From Sporomusaceae bacterium (GTDB taxonomy: Bacteria > Bacillota > Negativicutes > Acidaminococcales > JAJUGR01), in contig JAJUGR010000008.1 in the NCBI GenBank assembly GCA_029265905.1, positions 12,194 to 76,193 of the forward strand: a stretch of DNA of 64,000 bases, written 5' to 3'. Shown here one piece after another: positions 35,284 to 44,636 of the stretch; within the stretch, counting starts at the first letter, position 1; each line of letters starts with the position of its first letter. The position numbers and the translations under genes were made by a program. A model generated the notes under the pieces. It was given only the letters and a program-made list of their open reading frames with translations. It did no database searches and was not told the origin of the DNA.

Positions 35284-35901
35284 CTATTTTTCCTGCTCGG
35301 TGATGGTAACCTTGTTGATGACGACGGCCTGGACCGGCTTGTCGTTGGCGCCGGTTTTCACCTTGCCGATCGCCCGGACGACGTCCATCCCCTTCACGAC
35401 CTTGCCGAAGACGGCGTGCTTGCCGTCGAGCCAGGGGGTTTTATCCAGGGTGATGAAGAACTGCGAGCCGCCGGTGTTGGGGCCGCGGTTGGCCATCGAG
35501 AGAACGCCTTCATTGTCGTGCTTCAAACCGGGATGGAATTCGTCGGGAATGGCGTAGCCGGGCCCGCCGGTGCCGTTCCCGTTCGGATCGCCGGACTGGA
35601 TCATGAATTTATCGATGACCCGGTGAAAGATCAGGTTGTTGTAGAAGCCCTTGTTGGCGAGCGCAATGAAGTTGCCCGTCGTGATGGGCGCCTTGTCTTC
35701 GAACAGCTCAATTGCGAACACGCCTTGGTTGGTTTCGAACACGGCCAGACGGTTTTTTCCGTCCTTGGCCGGCGCAGGCTGGGTTTGGACAGGCGGCTGC
35801 GGCGCCGGCGCGGGTGGCGTCTGCTTTGGTTCGCTGGCGCAGCCGACGGCGGTAAGGAGCAGGAGGCAGAGGGCAAACAGCAGGCTGATTTTTGTTTTCA
35901 T
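35284..35901 (-). CDS. cyclophilin-type peptidyl-prolyl cis-trans isomerase, lipoprotein
   Basis: Lipobox LLTAVGC after the signal peptide. The cyclophilin core is [15 protein letters not shown]...GGPGY...[18 protein letters not shown] at 35901 follows AAAGGAG. Confidence 0.9.
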   Translation of the reverse strand: MKTKISLLFALCLLLLTAVGCASEPKQTPPAPAPQPPVQTQPAPAKDGKNRLAVFETNQGVFAIELFEDKAPITTGNFIALANKGFYNNLIFHRVIDKFMIQSGDPNGNGTGGPGYAIPDEFHPGLKHDNEGVLSMANRGPNTGGSQFFITLDKTPWLDGKHAVFGKVVKGMDVVRAIGKVKTGANDKPVQAVVINKVTITEQEK

Positions 35902-35922
35902 GCAAAACACTCCTTTAAGTTC

Positions 35923-35960
35923 ATGAACAAACGGCCTGCGAATATCTTGCTCGCAGGCCG
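35923..35960 (-). terminator. terminator after the carboxynorspermidine synthase gene
   Basis: CGGCCTGCGA pairs with TCGCAGGCCG (35932-35941 / 35951-35960), followed on the minus strand by TTTGTT. Confidence 0.55.
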
Positions 35961-35968
35961 TCACTCTG

Positions 35969-37231
35969 TTAGTCAATCGATTCGAGGGATTTGATTTCCG
36001 GGGCGACAAACGGAGCCGGGTTTTCCACATACTCGGTGGGCAGGCCCATTGTGTCGAGCAGGTCGATAAACGGCCGCGGGTCGAGCTCTTCGACGTTGAC
36101 CATTTTCTTCACATCCCAGACGCCCTGCGCGACCAGGATGGCGGCCGCCACGGGCGGAACGCCGGCGGTGTAGCTGATCGCCTGCGATTCGACTTCCTTG
36201 TAGCATTCGGCATGGTCGCAGGTGTTGTAGATGAACAGGGTCTTTTCCTTGCCGTCCTTCGTGCCGCGGAAGAAGTTGCCGATGCAGGTCTTGCCGGTGT
36301 AGTTGGGGGCCAGGGAGGACGGATCCGGCAGCAGCGCCTTCAACACTTTCAGCGGCGCGACTTCCACGCCTTCGGCCACTTTCACCGGTTTTTCGGAGAT
36401 CAGGCCGATGTTGCTCAGGACGGAGAAGACGTTGAGGTAATGGTCGCCAAAGCCCATCCAGAAGCGGATCGAGTTGGCGTCGATATTTTTGGACAGCGAA
36501 TGCAGCTCGTCATGGCCGGTCAGGTAAACCGGCTGGCTGCCGCAGACCGGGAAGTCGTAGTCGACGCGGATCGAGTGCACTTTTTGCAGCACCCATTTGC
36601 GGTCGATCCAGGTCCAGACCTTCTTGAATTCGCGGAAATTGATTTCCGGGTCGAAGTTGGTGGCGAAATACTTGCCGTGGCTGCCGGCGTTGACGTCGAG
36701 AATATCGATCGTATCGATTTTGTCGAAGTGCTCTTTTTGCGCCAGGGCGCACCAGGCGTTGACGACGCCCGGATCAAAGCCGACGCCGAGGATGGCGGTG
36801 ACGCCGTGTTCCGCGCAGCGCTCCTTGCGTTTCCACTCATAGTTGGCGTACCAGGGCGGGTTTTCGCAAACTTTGTCCGGCTCCTCGTGGATCGCCGTGT
36901 CCATGTAGACGGCGCCGGTGCGGATGCAGGCTTCCAAAACGGACATGTTGATGTAGGACTGGCCGACATTGATGACGATTTCCGACTCCGTGTCTTCGAT
37001 CAGGTCGACGAGCGCTTCAATATCCAGCGCATCGACGTGGCGCGAATACAGGTCCTTGGACGGATCCTTCAGACTGCCCTTGCGCTTGATACTCTCTATA
37101 ATTTCCTCGCATTTTTTTCGCGTTCGCGATGCCAGGCAAATGTGACCCAGGATATCATTGTGCATTGCGCACTTGTGGGCCACGACGTGTCCAACACCGC
37201 CAGCGCCAACAATTAAAACATTTTTTTTCAA
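35969..37231 (-). CDS. carboxynorspermidine synthase/dehydrogenase (saccharopine dehydrogenase family)
   Basis: 420 aa. N-terminal Rossmann motif [16 protein letters not shown], with length and C-terminal domain as in CANSDH. Adjacent to nspC. Apparent TTG start 10 nt after AAGGGGG. Confidence 0.82.
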   Translation of the reverse strand: MKKNVLIVGAGGVGHVVAHKCAMHNDILGHICLASRTRKKCEEIIESIKRKGSLKDPSKDLYSRHVDALDIEALVDLIEDTESEIVINVGQSYINMSVLEACIRTGAVYMDTAIHEEPDKVCENPPWYANYEWKRKERCAEHGVTAILGVGFDPGVVNAWCALAQKEHFDKIDTIDILDVNAGSHGKYFATNFDPEINFREFKKVWTWIDRKWVLQKVHSIRVDYDFPVCGSQPVYLTGHDELHSLSKNIDANSIRFWMGFGDHYLNVFSVLSNIGLISEKPVKVAEGVEVAPLKVLKALLPDPSSLAPNYTGKTCIGNFFRGTKDGKEKTLFIYNTCDHAECYKEVESQAISYTAGVPPVAAAILVAQGVWDVKKMVNVEELDPRPFIDLLDTMGLPTEYVENPAPFVAPEIKSLESID

Positions 37232-37270
37232 TCTTTTTATACCCCCTTGGATTTTTATTTATCCTAGAAA

Positions 37271-38374
37271 CTAGGATAGATTGTGCAGGAAGTCGGCGTA
37301 ATCGAATTCGCGGACGAGTTCGATCGTGCCATCAAGGCGACGGACGGCAATGCTGGGCATTTGCAGGCCGTTGAACCAGTTTTTCTTCACCATCGTGTAG
37401 CCGGCGGCGTCGGCGATGCGCACTTCGCTGCCGATTTCGAGCTTGTCTTGGAAGGAGAAGGTGCCGAACACATCGCCGGCCAGGCAGGAGCGTCCCGCCA
37501 CCATATATTCATGTTCGCCGGGCGTGCCGGTTTCGATTTTGGCGTTGAGGCGGTAAATCAGCAGATCCAGCATATGCCCCTCGATGCAGGCGTCGACGAT
37601 GGCGATCTCTTTTTCGTTGTGCACGATGTCGACGACGCTGGTCACAAGCTCGGTGCTGTTCGTGATGGCGCTTTCGCCCGGTTCGAGGTAGATTTGCACG
37701 CCGTAGGCGGCGGAGAAATCAGCCAATTTTTGCGCGAAGCGCTCGACGGGGTAACCTTCCTTCGTGAAGGCCAGGCCACCGCCCAAGCTGATCCACTGCA
37801 GTTTTTTCAGCATATCGCCGTAGGTTTCGCCGAGCCAGTCGAGCTGCTGGGCGAATGTTTCGAACTCGTCGTTTTCGCAATTGTAATGGAACATGAAGCC
37901 GCTGAGGCGCGGCAGCTGTTTTTCCAGGGCTTCGCGGTCGATGACGCCCAAGCGGGAGTACTGGCGGGCCGGATCGGCCAGGTCGAAGTGCGAATAGCTG
38001 ACGCCTGGGTTGACGCGCAGGCCGAGCTTTTTCCCCTTGGCCTGCTCATAATAACGGTCCAGTTGGGAAACCGAGTTGAAGATGACCTTGTCGGCGTACT
38101 GGAGGATTTCCCGCATGTCGTCGTCAGAATAACCAACGCAAAAGGCATGGGTTTCCTTGCCGAATTTTTCGGCGCCAAGCCGCGCTTCGTAGAGCGAACT
38201 CGAGGTCGTCCCGTCCATATATTGTTTCATCAAGTCAAAAACGCACCAGGTGGAGAAGCATTTAAGGGCCAAAACCGATTTGGCGCCGGACAGCTCGCGC
38301 ACCTGCCGGATGATTTTCAAATTGCGGAGAAGCTTGTTCTCGTCAATTAAGTAGTAAGGTGTTTTTATTTTCAT
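37271..38374 (-). CDS. nspC: carboxynorspermidine/carboxyspermidine decarboxylase
   Basis: ~367 aa. Alanine-racemase-fold PLP decarboxylase. TPYYLIDE...LALKC (PLP Lys region)...SLGGG...the CLAGD motif matches NspC. ATG at 38374 lies 9 nt after AGGAG. Confidence 0.88.
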   Translation of the reverse strand: MKIKTPYYLIDENKLLRNLKIIRQVRELSGAKSVLALKCFSTWCVFDLMKQYMDGTTSSSLYEARLGAEKFGKETHAFCVGYSDDDMREILQYADKVIFNSVSQLDRYYEQAKGKKLGLRVNPGVSYSHFDLADPARQYSRLGVIDREALEKQLPRLSGFMFHYNCENDEFETFAQQLDWLGETYGDMLKKLQWISLGGGLAFTKEGYPVERFAQKLADFSAAYGVQIYLEPGESAITNSTELVTSVVDIVHNEKEIAIVDACIEGHMLDLLIYRLNAKIETGTPGEHEYMVAGRSCLAGDVFGTFSFQDKLEIGSEVRIADAAGYTMVKKNWFNGLQMPSIAVRRLDGTIELVREFDYADFLHNLS

Positions 38375-38595
38375 TGGCAAAGGCTCCTAGTTTTTTTCAT
38401 TAAGGATAATGATAGCAAAAATAAAGAGGTTTGTCGAGATTTCCTGAACAAATAGAGGGTTTTTAGATGAAAATCGAAGAAATTTTGCGAAAACAAGCAT
38501 TTGCCGGGAAAGAGAAATTTCTTCGCCAAACGGCGCTTGCCTGACGCGCGAATATGATATGATGAGGGCAACGGATTATCACGAGGAGGACTGGC

Positions 38596-39915
38596 ATGTT
38601 TACTACGGCAACAATCATTCTGCTTGGCTTGAATGCAATTATCTTGTTCCTGGTGGCGGCGCTGTTTTTACGCAGCGGCGGCAAAAAAGAAGCGGAGCTC
38701 GACGTGCGCCTCGCAACGCTGGAAGCGGCGCTCGAGCGCATCGACCGCAACGTGCGCGAGGAGAATACGCGCGCCCGCAGCGAAACGGGCCAAAGCGCGA
38801 AGGCGTTGCGCGACGAGGTCGGCCAGTCGCTTAGCCGCTTCAATGAGTCGGTCTTAAACCGCCTGAACGAAGGGATGAAGCTGCAGCAGGCGCAGGCGGA
38901 TGCCTCGCTTCAGCAGTTGCAGCGCCTGACGCAATCAAACGAGCAGCGCATGGACAAATTGCGTGAGACGATCGACGCAAAGCTGAAGGCGATTCAAGAT
39001 GACAATGGCCTGCGCCTGGAGGAAATGCGAAAAACGGTTGATGAGAAGCTGCACGCCACGCTTGAAAAGCGCTTGGGGGAGAGTTTTAAGCTGGTTGGAG
39101 AGCGGCTGGAACTCGTACATAAAGGCCTGGGCGAGATGCAGCAGCTCGCGTCCGGCGTGGGCGACTTGAAGCGGGTGCTGTCGAACGTCAAGACGCGCGG
39201 CATTTTGGGCGAAATTCAGTTGGGCAATATACTGGAACAGATGCTGACGCCTGAACAATATGAGAAAAATGTTGCGACAAAACCGAACAGCAACGAGCGC
39301 GTCGAGTTTGCGATCAAACTGCCGGGGCGCGACAAAGAAGGGACGACTGTCTGGCTGCCTATCGATGCGAAGTTCCCGCAGGAGGATTACCAGCGCTTGC
39401 TGGATGCGCAGGAACAGGCCAATGCGGTTTTGGCGGAAGAGGCGGCCAAAGCTTTGGAAAACCGGATCAAGGGAGAGGCAAAAGAGGTCGCCGGCAAATA
39501 CCTGAGCGTGCCGCATACGACGGAGTTTGCCATCTTGTTTTTGCCGACGGAGGGCCTGTATGCCGAAGTGCTGCGCCGGCCGGGGCTGGTCGATGTGCTG
39601 ATGCGCGAACACCGGGTGGTGATAACCGGTCCGACCACGCTGGCGGCCCTGCTCAACAGCTTGCAAATGGGCTTCCGTACGCTGGCGATCGAGCGCCGCA
39701 GTTCGGAGGTCTGGGCGCTTTTAGGAACGGTCAAGACGGAGTTCGGCAAGTTCGGCGACCTGCTGGACAAGACGAGCAAAAAGCTGCATGAGGCGAGCAG
39801 CTCGATTGAAACCGCCGCCCGGAAGTCGCGCACGATCGAGCGAAAATTGAAAAATGTCCAGGCCCTGCCGGCCCCGGAGGAGGAAGCGTTGCCCCTCCCG
39901 GCTGACATGGAATAA
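38596..39915 (+). CDS. rmuC: DNA recombination protein RmuC
   Basis: 439 aa. N-terminal TM anchor, a long coiled-coil (Q/E/L/R-rich), and a C-terminal nuclease-like domain with VEFAIKLPG...LPIDAKFP...FLPTEG, as in RmuC. Confidence 0.9.
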   Translation: MFTTATIILLGLNAIILFLVAALFLRSGGKKEAELDVRLATLEAALERIDRNVREENTRARSETGQSAKALRDEVGQSLSRFNESVLNRLNEGMKLQQAQADASLQQLQRLTQSNEQRMDKLRETIDAKLKAIQDDNGLRLEEMRKTVDEKLHATLEKRLGESFKLVGERLELVHKGLGEMQQLASGVGDLKRVLSNVKTRGILGEIQLGNILEQMLTPEQYEKNVATKPNSNERVEFAIKLPGRDKEGTTVWLPIDAKFPQEDYQRLLDAQEQANAVLAEEAAKALENRIKGEAKEVAGKYLSVPHTTEFAILFLPTEGLYAEVLRRPGLVDVLMREHRVVITGPTTLAALLNSLQMGFRTLAIERRSSEVWALLGTVKTEFGKFGDLLDKTSKKLHEASSSIETAARKSRTIERKLKNVQALPAPEEEALPLPADME

Positions 39916-39982
39916 AAATTTTCAGTTTAAATGACTCTGTGCTACAATAATATTATTGGAAGATATAGGGTTGCTTGCTGGT

Positions 39983-40005
39983 CGACAAACCGCTGTGGTT
40001 TGTCG
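39983..40005 (+). other. 5'-UTR hairpin upstream of the HD-GYP gene
   Basis: CGACAAACC pairs with GGTTTGTCG (9 bp, 5-nt loop), ~30 nt upstream of the start. No T-run. A TGcTACAAT extended -10 lies at 39940-39948. Confidence 0.4.
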
Positions 40006-40033
40006 CGCATAGTGCTTGTCGGGAGGAGTTCGG

Positions 40034-41086
40034 GTGAAAGCTTGTTGCGGCATAAGCGTAATGGAACTGAAACCTGGCCAGATTCTTGCCGCCGACGTGG
40101 TGGCGGGCAATCAGGTGTTGCTGAATGAAGGTGCTGTTTTGACGGAGGACAAAATCAAGCAATTGCAGGAATGGAAGGACGTGGAGCGCGTGAGCGTGTT
40201 CGTGGGCGAAAACGGCGATTCTGTCAAACTGCCGGAAGTGAGCCGGGAAATGCTGGAGCAGTACAACGAGACGGTCACCTCTGTTCGGCATGCCTTTGAA
40301 TCGGCGCGAGCGTTTAAAACCGTACCGGTTGACGATTTAATCAGTGTCGCGCGCACCATGATGGGGAGCCTGATCAGCCACTATGCCGTCCTGCAGGCGA
40401 TGAAGCTGCAAGAGCGTGTCGGCGAGTATACCTTCCAGCATTCTGTAAACGTCGGCATCTTGGCGGGTATTATCGGCAAGTGGCTGAAGTATGACGAAGC
40501 CAGCCTGGGGCAGGTTGTGTTGTCGGGCGTGCTGCACGATATCGGCAAGGCGCAGATCCCGCCGGAGATTTTAAACAAACCGGGCAAATTGACGCGGGAC
40601 GAGTTCCTGGTCATGAAAAAGCACACCGTCTACGGCTATGACATGCTCAAAGGTGCGGACTCGATTTCGGAAGAGATCCGGCTGGCGGTTTTGCAGCATC
40701 ATGAACGCCTGGACGGCAGCGGCTATCCCTTCAGCTTGCGGCAGGATAAAATTAATAAGTTGTCGAAAATCATTTCGGTGGCGGATACGTATGACGCGAT
40801 GACTTCGAACCGGGTTTATCAGGCGAAACGCACGCCGTTTGCGGCGGTTGAAGTATTAGAGCAGGAAATGTTTATCCGCATGGATGCGAATGTCTGTCTA
40901 ACGTTGCTGCATCACTTGAAGGAATCCTTGGTCGGCAACCACGTTGTGCTTTGCGACGGGCGCAGCGCCAAGATCATACATATAGGCCGGCAGGGGGCTG
41001 ATGACCTGATTGTGCAGACGAATGACGGCGAGTTTATCAACATCGGCTTGCGCCAGCACGGCCTTATCGAGGCGTGTGAGGGATAA
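40034..41086 (+). CDS. HD-GYP domain protein (putative c-di-GMP phosphodiesterase)
   Basis: HSVNV...LHDIGK...HHERLDGSGYP is the canonical HD-GYP signature. The N-terminal ~110 aa and C-terminal ~60 aa are unassigned. GTG at 40034 lies 5 nt after GGAGGAG (ATG 40061 is an alternative). Confidence 0.85.
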   Translation: MKACCGISVMELKPGQILAADVVAGNQVLLNEGAVLTEDKIKQLQEWKDVERVSVFVGENGDSVKLPEVSREMLEQYNETVTSVRHAFESARAFKTVPVDDLISVARTMMGSLISHYAVLQAMKLQERVGEYTFQHSVNVGILAGIIGKWLKYDEASLGQVVLSGVLHDIGKAQIPPEILNKPGKLTRDEFLVMKKHTVYGYDMLKGADSISEEIRLAVLQHHERLDGSGYPFSLRQDKINKLSKIISVADTYDAMTSNRVYQAKRTPFAAVEVLEQEMFIRMDANVCLTLLHHLKESLVGNHVVLCDGRSAKIIHIGRQGADDLIVQTNDGEFINIGLRQHGLIEACEG

Positions 41087-41087
41087 C

Positions 41088-41118
41088 AAAAACGGGTCCG
41101 CGGCGCGGACCCGTTTTT
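41088..41118. terminator. bidirectional terminator between HD-GYP and the DUF4870-like gene
   Basis: AAAAACGGGTCCGCG pairs with CGCGGACCCGTTTTT. Confidence 0.75.
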
Positions 41119-41132
41119 GTGCCATCGCATGA

Positions 41133-41477
41133 TCAGAGGCGGTCGACAAAGGGCTGGATGAATGGGTAATAGAACAACCGGCTGTCTGCGGCGCGGACAA
41201 CGGCCATCACTGCCGCAACAAAGAAGCCGATCCAAAGCAGCGCCAGAGCCGGCAATAACAAAAAGCCGATCAGGATCATCATCAAGAGGGAGACCAGGCT
41301 TGACATAACAAACATCGTCAACTGCGCGACCAAGGCCTGCTTGGCGTGATGGGCCACAAACGGGTCGTTTTTTCGCACTACGTAAACAATAAGCGGAACT
41401 ACGATTAGTCCAATGCCGCCTACCACCCAGGCGATATGCGCGGCAATCGCCAGCAGTTTTTGTTCAGTTGTTACCAT
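41133..41477 (-). CDS. small membrane protein (DUF4870-like)
   Basis: 114 aa with 3 TM. LLAIAAHIAWVVGGIGLIVVPLIVYVV...HHAKQAL resembles the DUF4870 family. A TGcTATAAT extended -10 lies at 41519-41511 (minus strand). Confidence 0.7.
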   Translation of the reverse strand: MVTTEQKLLAIAAHIAWVVGGIGLIVVPLIVYVVRKNDPFVAHHAKQALVAQLTMFVMSSLVSLLMMILIGFLLLPALALLWIGFFVAAVMAVVRAADSRLFYYPFIQPFVDRL

Positions 41478-41611
41478 GGCAGATCACTCCTCGGCAAGCT
41501 TCTTATTTCCATTATAGCACAGTTGTTTCCAGTTTGGTCAGTTGTTCCGGGCGTGTTGAGAGGCGGAACAGGTGTTTGTGCAACAAAGACTTTTGGAACG
41601 AAAGATGCCTG

Positions 41612-41640
41612 TTGACAAGCACGAGTCTTGATAGTACAAT
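41612..41640 (+). promoter_or_regulatory. sigma-A promoter of the serA leader
   Basis: TTGACA (41612-41617), 17-nt spacer, TACAAT (41635-41640). Confidence 0.7.
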
Positions 41641-41649
41641 CAAAAATGT

Positions 41650-41895
41650 ACAGCATCATAACTGAAAGACGAAGAACAAGAGCAGTAGCGCTAGTAGCTG
41701 CCAAGAGAGCCGGTGGGTGGTGCGAACCGGTGCAGCGACAGGGTGAATCCGCTTGGGAGTCGGCCGGGAAGAACCGGTTCCGGGAACAGCCCGTTATGCT
41801 GTTAGAGGCTGCAGTGCAGCGAACCAAGGTGGCACCACGTGAGAAACTCTCGTCCTTGTCCGTACGAACGGATCGAGGCGGGGGTTATTTTTTTG
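41650..41895 (+). promoter_or_regulatory. T-box riboswitch leader (probable Ser specifier)
   Basis: AGAGAG box (41704-41709). Distal-loop GGTGCGAACC. Candidate specifier GAA-TCC-G (TCC at 41748-41750). T-box sequence AACCAAGGTGGCACCACGTG (41822-41840). Terminator helix CTCGTCC...GGATCGAG followed by TTATTTTTTT ending near 41895. Confidence 0.8.
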
Positions 41896-41933
41896 ACCCA
41901 ATACTGCTTGGCTAAAATAAGGAGGGGTTACAA

Positions 41934-43523
41934 ATGATGAAAATCATCATTACCGAGAAAATTTCCGACAATGGCATTCAACTGCTCCAATCGGCAAAAG
42001 ATGTCCAGCTTGACCTGCGTGACGGCATCGACCGGGCGGAACTGCTGAAAATCATCCCGAACTACGACGGCATCATTGTCCGCAGCATTACGAAAATCGA
42101 CGAGGAATTTTACCAGCACGCCTCCCCGCGCCTAAAAGTCGTCGGCCGCGCCGGCGTCGGCGTCGACAACATCGACACGGAGGGAGCCACAAAACGCGGC
42201 ATTATCGTCGTCAATACGCCGGAATCGAATATCGTTTCGGCGGCGGAGCTGACGATCGGCTTGCTCCTTGCTTCCGCCCGCAACATTCCCCGCGCGCACA
42301 ACCGCCTGCTGAACAAGGTGTGGGACCGCAAAGGGCTGCAGGGGTCTGAGCTGTTCGGCAAGACTGTGGGCGTCATCGGCCTGGGCCGGATCGGCAGCCT
42401 GGTCGCGACGCGGCTGCAGGCCTTCGGCATGCGCGTGATCGCGTATGACCCGTACATTGCCGATGCCCGCTTCGAAAAATTCAACGCGGAGAAAAAAGGG
42501 ACGCTGGCCGAACTGCTGCAGGAAGCTGACTTCATTACGGTGCACACGCCGAAAACGGAAGAGACCTTCGGCATGATCGGTGAAGAGGAACTGAAGCTGG
42601 TGAAAAAAGGCGTGCGCGTCGTCAATTGCGCCCGCGGCGGCATCATCAATGAAGAGGCGCTGCTCAAAGCCCTGAAGGCCGGCATCGTGGCCAGCGCCGG
42701 CATCGATGTTCTGATGGACGAGCCGCATCCGACCTCCCCGCTGATCGACGTGGAGACCTGCGTGGTAACGCCGCATATTGGCGCCGATACGGCTGAAGCC
42801 CAGTACAAGGTCGGTCTGACCATCGCCCAGGAAGTGCTTGCCGCGCTGCGCGGCGAAATGGTGCCGAATGCCGTCAACCTGCCGACCCTCCATCCGCAGG
42901 AATTCGAGGCGATGAAGCACTTCCTGTCGCTCGGCGAGATGCTGGGCAAGCTGTACTATCAGCTCGAAAAAGAGGCCGTAGAGCGGGTTACGATCACCTA
43001 CAAGGGCGAAGTCGCGGCGCTTGAGACGACGATGCTCACGCGGGCGGTCTTAAAAGGGCTGTTTGAGCCGATCTTAAAAGACCAGGTGAACTTCGTCAAC
43101 GCCCGTTTGGTGGCGGAAAACCGCGGGGTGGCGGTGACCGAAGCCAAAGAAACGGCGGCGGGCAACTACTTGAACCTGATCAAAGTGGAGATCGCCAGCA
43201 AGCAGGACGTATTCACGATCAGCGGCACGGTGTTCGGCCGCCACGAACTGCGCATCGTCGATGTGTGCGGCTATGAACTCGACGTGACGCCGAGCCCATA
43301 CATGCTGGTTGCGCAAAACACCGACAAGCCGGGCATGATCGGCCAAATCGGCACGCTCCTTGGCGTATCGAAGGTCAACATCGCCACGATGCAGGTTAGC
43401 CGCCACCACAAGGAAAACAAGGCGCTGATGTTCTTGACCGTTGATTCGGTCGTGGATAAAGACACGCTGAAGATGATCGGCGGCGTTGAAGGGATCATCA
43501 AGGTAAACTTCATCAAGCTATAA
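41934..43523 (+). CDS. serA: D-3-phosphoglycerate dehydrogenase (long form with ASB and ACT domains)
   Basis: 529 aa. GVIGLGRIGSLVA Rossmann motif, catalytic R/E/H (NCARGG, IDVL, TPHIGA), and a C-terminal ACT (NTDKPGMIGQIGTLLG). Confidence 0.93.
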   Translation: MMKIIITEKISDNGIQLLQSAKDVQLDLRDGIDRAELLKIIPNYDGIIVRSITKIDEEFYQHASPRLKVVGRAGVGVDNIDTEGATKRGIIVVNTPESNIVSAAELTIGLLLASARNIPRAHNRLLNKVWDRKGLQGSELFGKTVGVIGLGRIGSLVATRLQAFGMRVIAYDPYIADARFEKFNAEKKGTLAELLQEADFITVHTPKTEETFGMIGEEELKLVKKGVRVVNCARGGIINEEALLKALKAGIVASAGIDVLMDEPHPTSPLIDVETCVVTPHIGADTAEAQYKVGLTIAQEVLAALRGEMVPNAVNLPTLHPQEFEAMKHFLSLGEMLGKLYYQLEKEAVERVTITYKGEVAALETTMLTRAVLKGLFEPILKDQVNFVNARLVAENRGVAVTEAKETAAGNYLNLIKVEIASKQDVFTISGTVFGRHELRIVDVCGYELDVTPSPYMLVAQNTDKPGMIGQIGTLLGVSKVNIATMQVSRHHKENKALMFLTVDSVVDKDTLKMIGGVEGIIKVNFIKL

Positions 43524-43534
43524 CAAAAAAACAT

Positions 43535-43568
43535 AAAAATAGAACCGCCGGCGGGCGGTTCTATTTTT
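43535..43568. terminator. bidirectional terminator between serA and xpt
   Basis: AAAAATAGAACCGCC pairs with GGCGGTTCTATTTTT (loop GGCG). Confidence 0.8.
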
Positions 43569-44136
43569 ATGCAAAGACGACTTCGCCGTTTTGGAAGGAC
43601 TGAATTTTGGCCAGGGATTCAAGCCTGATGCCGGCCTCGGCGATTTTTTGCCCGCCGGGCTGAAACGCCTTTTCGATGACGATGCCAATGCCGACTACGG
43701 TCGCGCCGGCTTGCTTGACGATGTCGGCCAAGCCAAGCGCTGCTTCGCCGTTGGCCAGAAAATCGTCAATGATCAGGACGCGTTCGCCGGGGCCGATGAA
43801 GCGGCGCAGCACGGACACTTCGCTGGTTTCTTTCTTGGTAAATGAATAAATATGTGTAATGAAGACCTCTTCCTTCATTAACTCGGAACGCTTTTTTCGT
43901 GCGAAAACGAGGGGCACGTGCAGATGCAGCGCCGTAGTCAGCGCGATGGCGATACCGGAGGATTCAATCGTCAGCACCTTGGTTACCTGAGCTGTGGCGA
44001 AACGTTCGGCGAATTCACGCCCCATGTCCATCATCAGAACGGGATCAATCTGGTGGTTCAAGAAAGAATCAACTTTTAAAATGTTGCCCTCCTGCACAAT
44101 GCCTTCCCGGCGGATTTTTTCCTTGAGGCGGTTCAT
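43567..44136 (-). CDS. xpt: xanthine phosphoribosyltransferase
   Basis: 189 aa. LKVDSFLNHQIDP...VLIIDDFLANGEA (PRPP motif) matches Gram-positive Xpt. Confidence 0.9.
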   Translation of the reverse strand: MNRLKEKIRREGIVQEGNILKVDSFLNHQIDPVLMMDMGREFAERFATAQVTKVLTIESSGIAIALTTALHLHVPLVFARKKRSELMKEEVFITHIYSFTKKETSEVSVLRRFIGPGERVLIIDDFLANGEAALGLADIVKQAGATVVGIGIVIEKAFQPGGQKIAEAGIRLESLAKIQSFQNGEVVFA

Positions 44137-44293
44137 GGCAATCGACTCCTTGTCAGACAGTGATACAGTAATAGTACCATGCTTTGAATAAAAATATAAC
44201 TATACTCTATCGGAAAATACGGTCCGCGTCTAGTTTTTTCCTCTGGGTGGGTGGCTGGTCAGAAAAAAGATAAAAAAGATATACAAAACCATG

Positions 44294-44322
44294 TTGACAA
44301 TGCGCGGCATTCCTGTCATAAT
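44294..44322 (+). promoter_or_regulatory. sigma-A promoter of the ilv-leu leader
   Basis: TTGACA (44294-44299), 17-nt spacer, CATAAT (44317-44322). Confidence 0.65.
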
Positions 44323-44329
44323 GTAAAAC

Positions 44330-44614
44330 AATCGCACCGCATGTTGGTGTGAGCGACATATAAATACAAACAAAACGCGATGAGCGGGAAAAAAGTGGCG
44401 GAATATCCTTTTTGAAGAGACCTGGCGGGTGGTGCAAGCCAGGGGGGGGCTGCCATGAGTCTCACCCGGGAGTTGCGCAACTGAGCGGAGGCTAGGTTGC
44501 GTCGTCTGACGGTCGTTACCCGTCGCTGGAGTGTTGGCTCCAGGTGAGAGATAAGCTAGGGTGGTACCGCGCACAAGCGCCCCTGTCTGGGAAACCGGAC
44601 AGGGGTATTTTTTA
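44330..44614 (+). promoter_or_regulatory. T-box riboswitch leader (probable Leu specifier)
   Basis: GAAGAGA box and distal-loop GGTGCAAGCC (~44415-44440). Candidate specifier CTC-A at 44461-44464. Canonical T-box AAGCTAGGGTGGTACCGCG (44553-44571). Terminator CCCCTGTC (44580-44587) / GACAGGGG (44598-44605) followed by TATTTTTT. Confidence 0.85.
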
Positions 44615-44636
44615 TGGCAAAAGGGGGGGATTGATC

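Noticed and set aside
28690-35290. Mobile-element hallmarks (integrase, transposase, tRNA target, flanking direct or inverted repeats) at the borders of the AT-rich block.
   Set aside because: I saw none by eye at either border. The block is therefore reported only as compositionally atypical, not as a mobile element.
38470-38547. 25-codon ORF (MKIEEILRKQAFAGKEKFLRQTALA*) between nspC and rmuC, with a weak AGAGGG RBS.
   Set aside because: It is too short, with no promoter or terminator of its own and no hydrophobic or Cys pattern. It cannot be supported without conservation or ribosome-profiling data.
44137-44260. Purine (guanine) riboswitch expected upstream of xpt on the minus strand.
   Set aside because: The leader lacks the conserved UAUNNNGG...UAUGG...CUACC...CCGUAAAU elements. 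It is only ~120 nt of AT-rich sequence with an RBS (AAGGAG).
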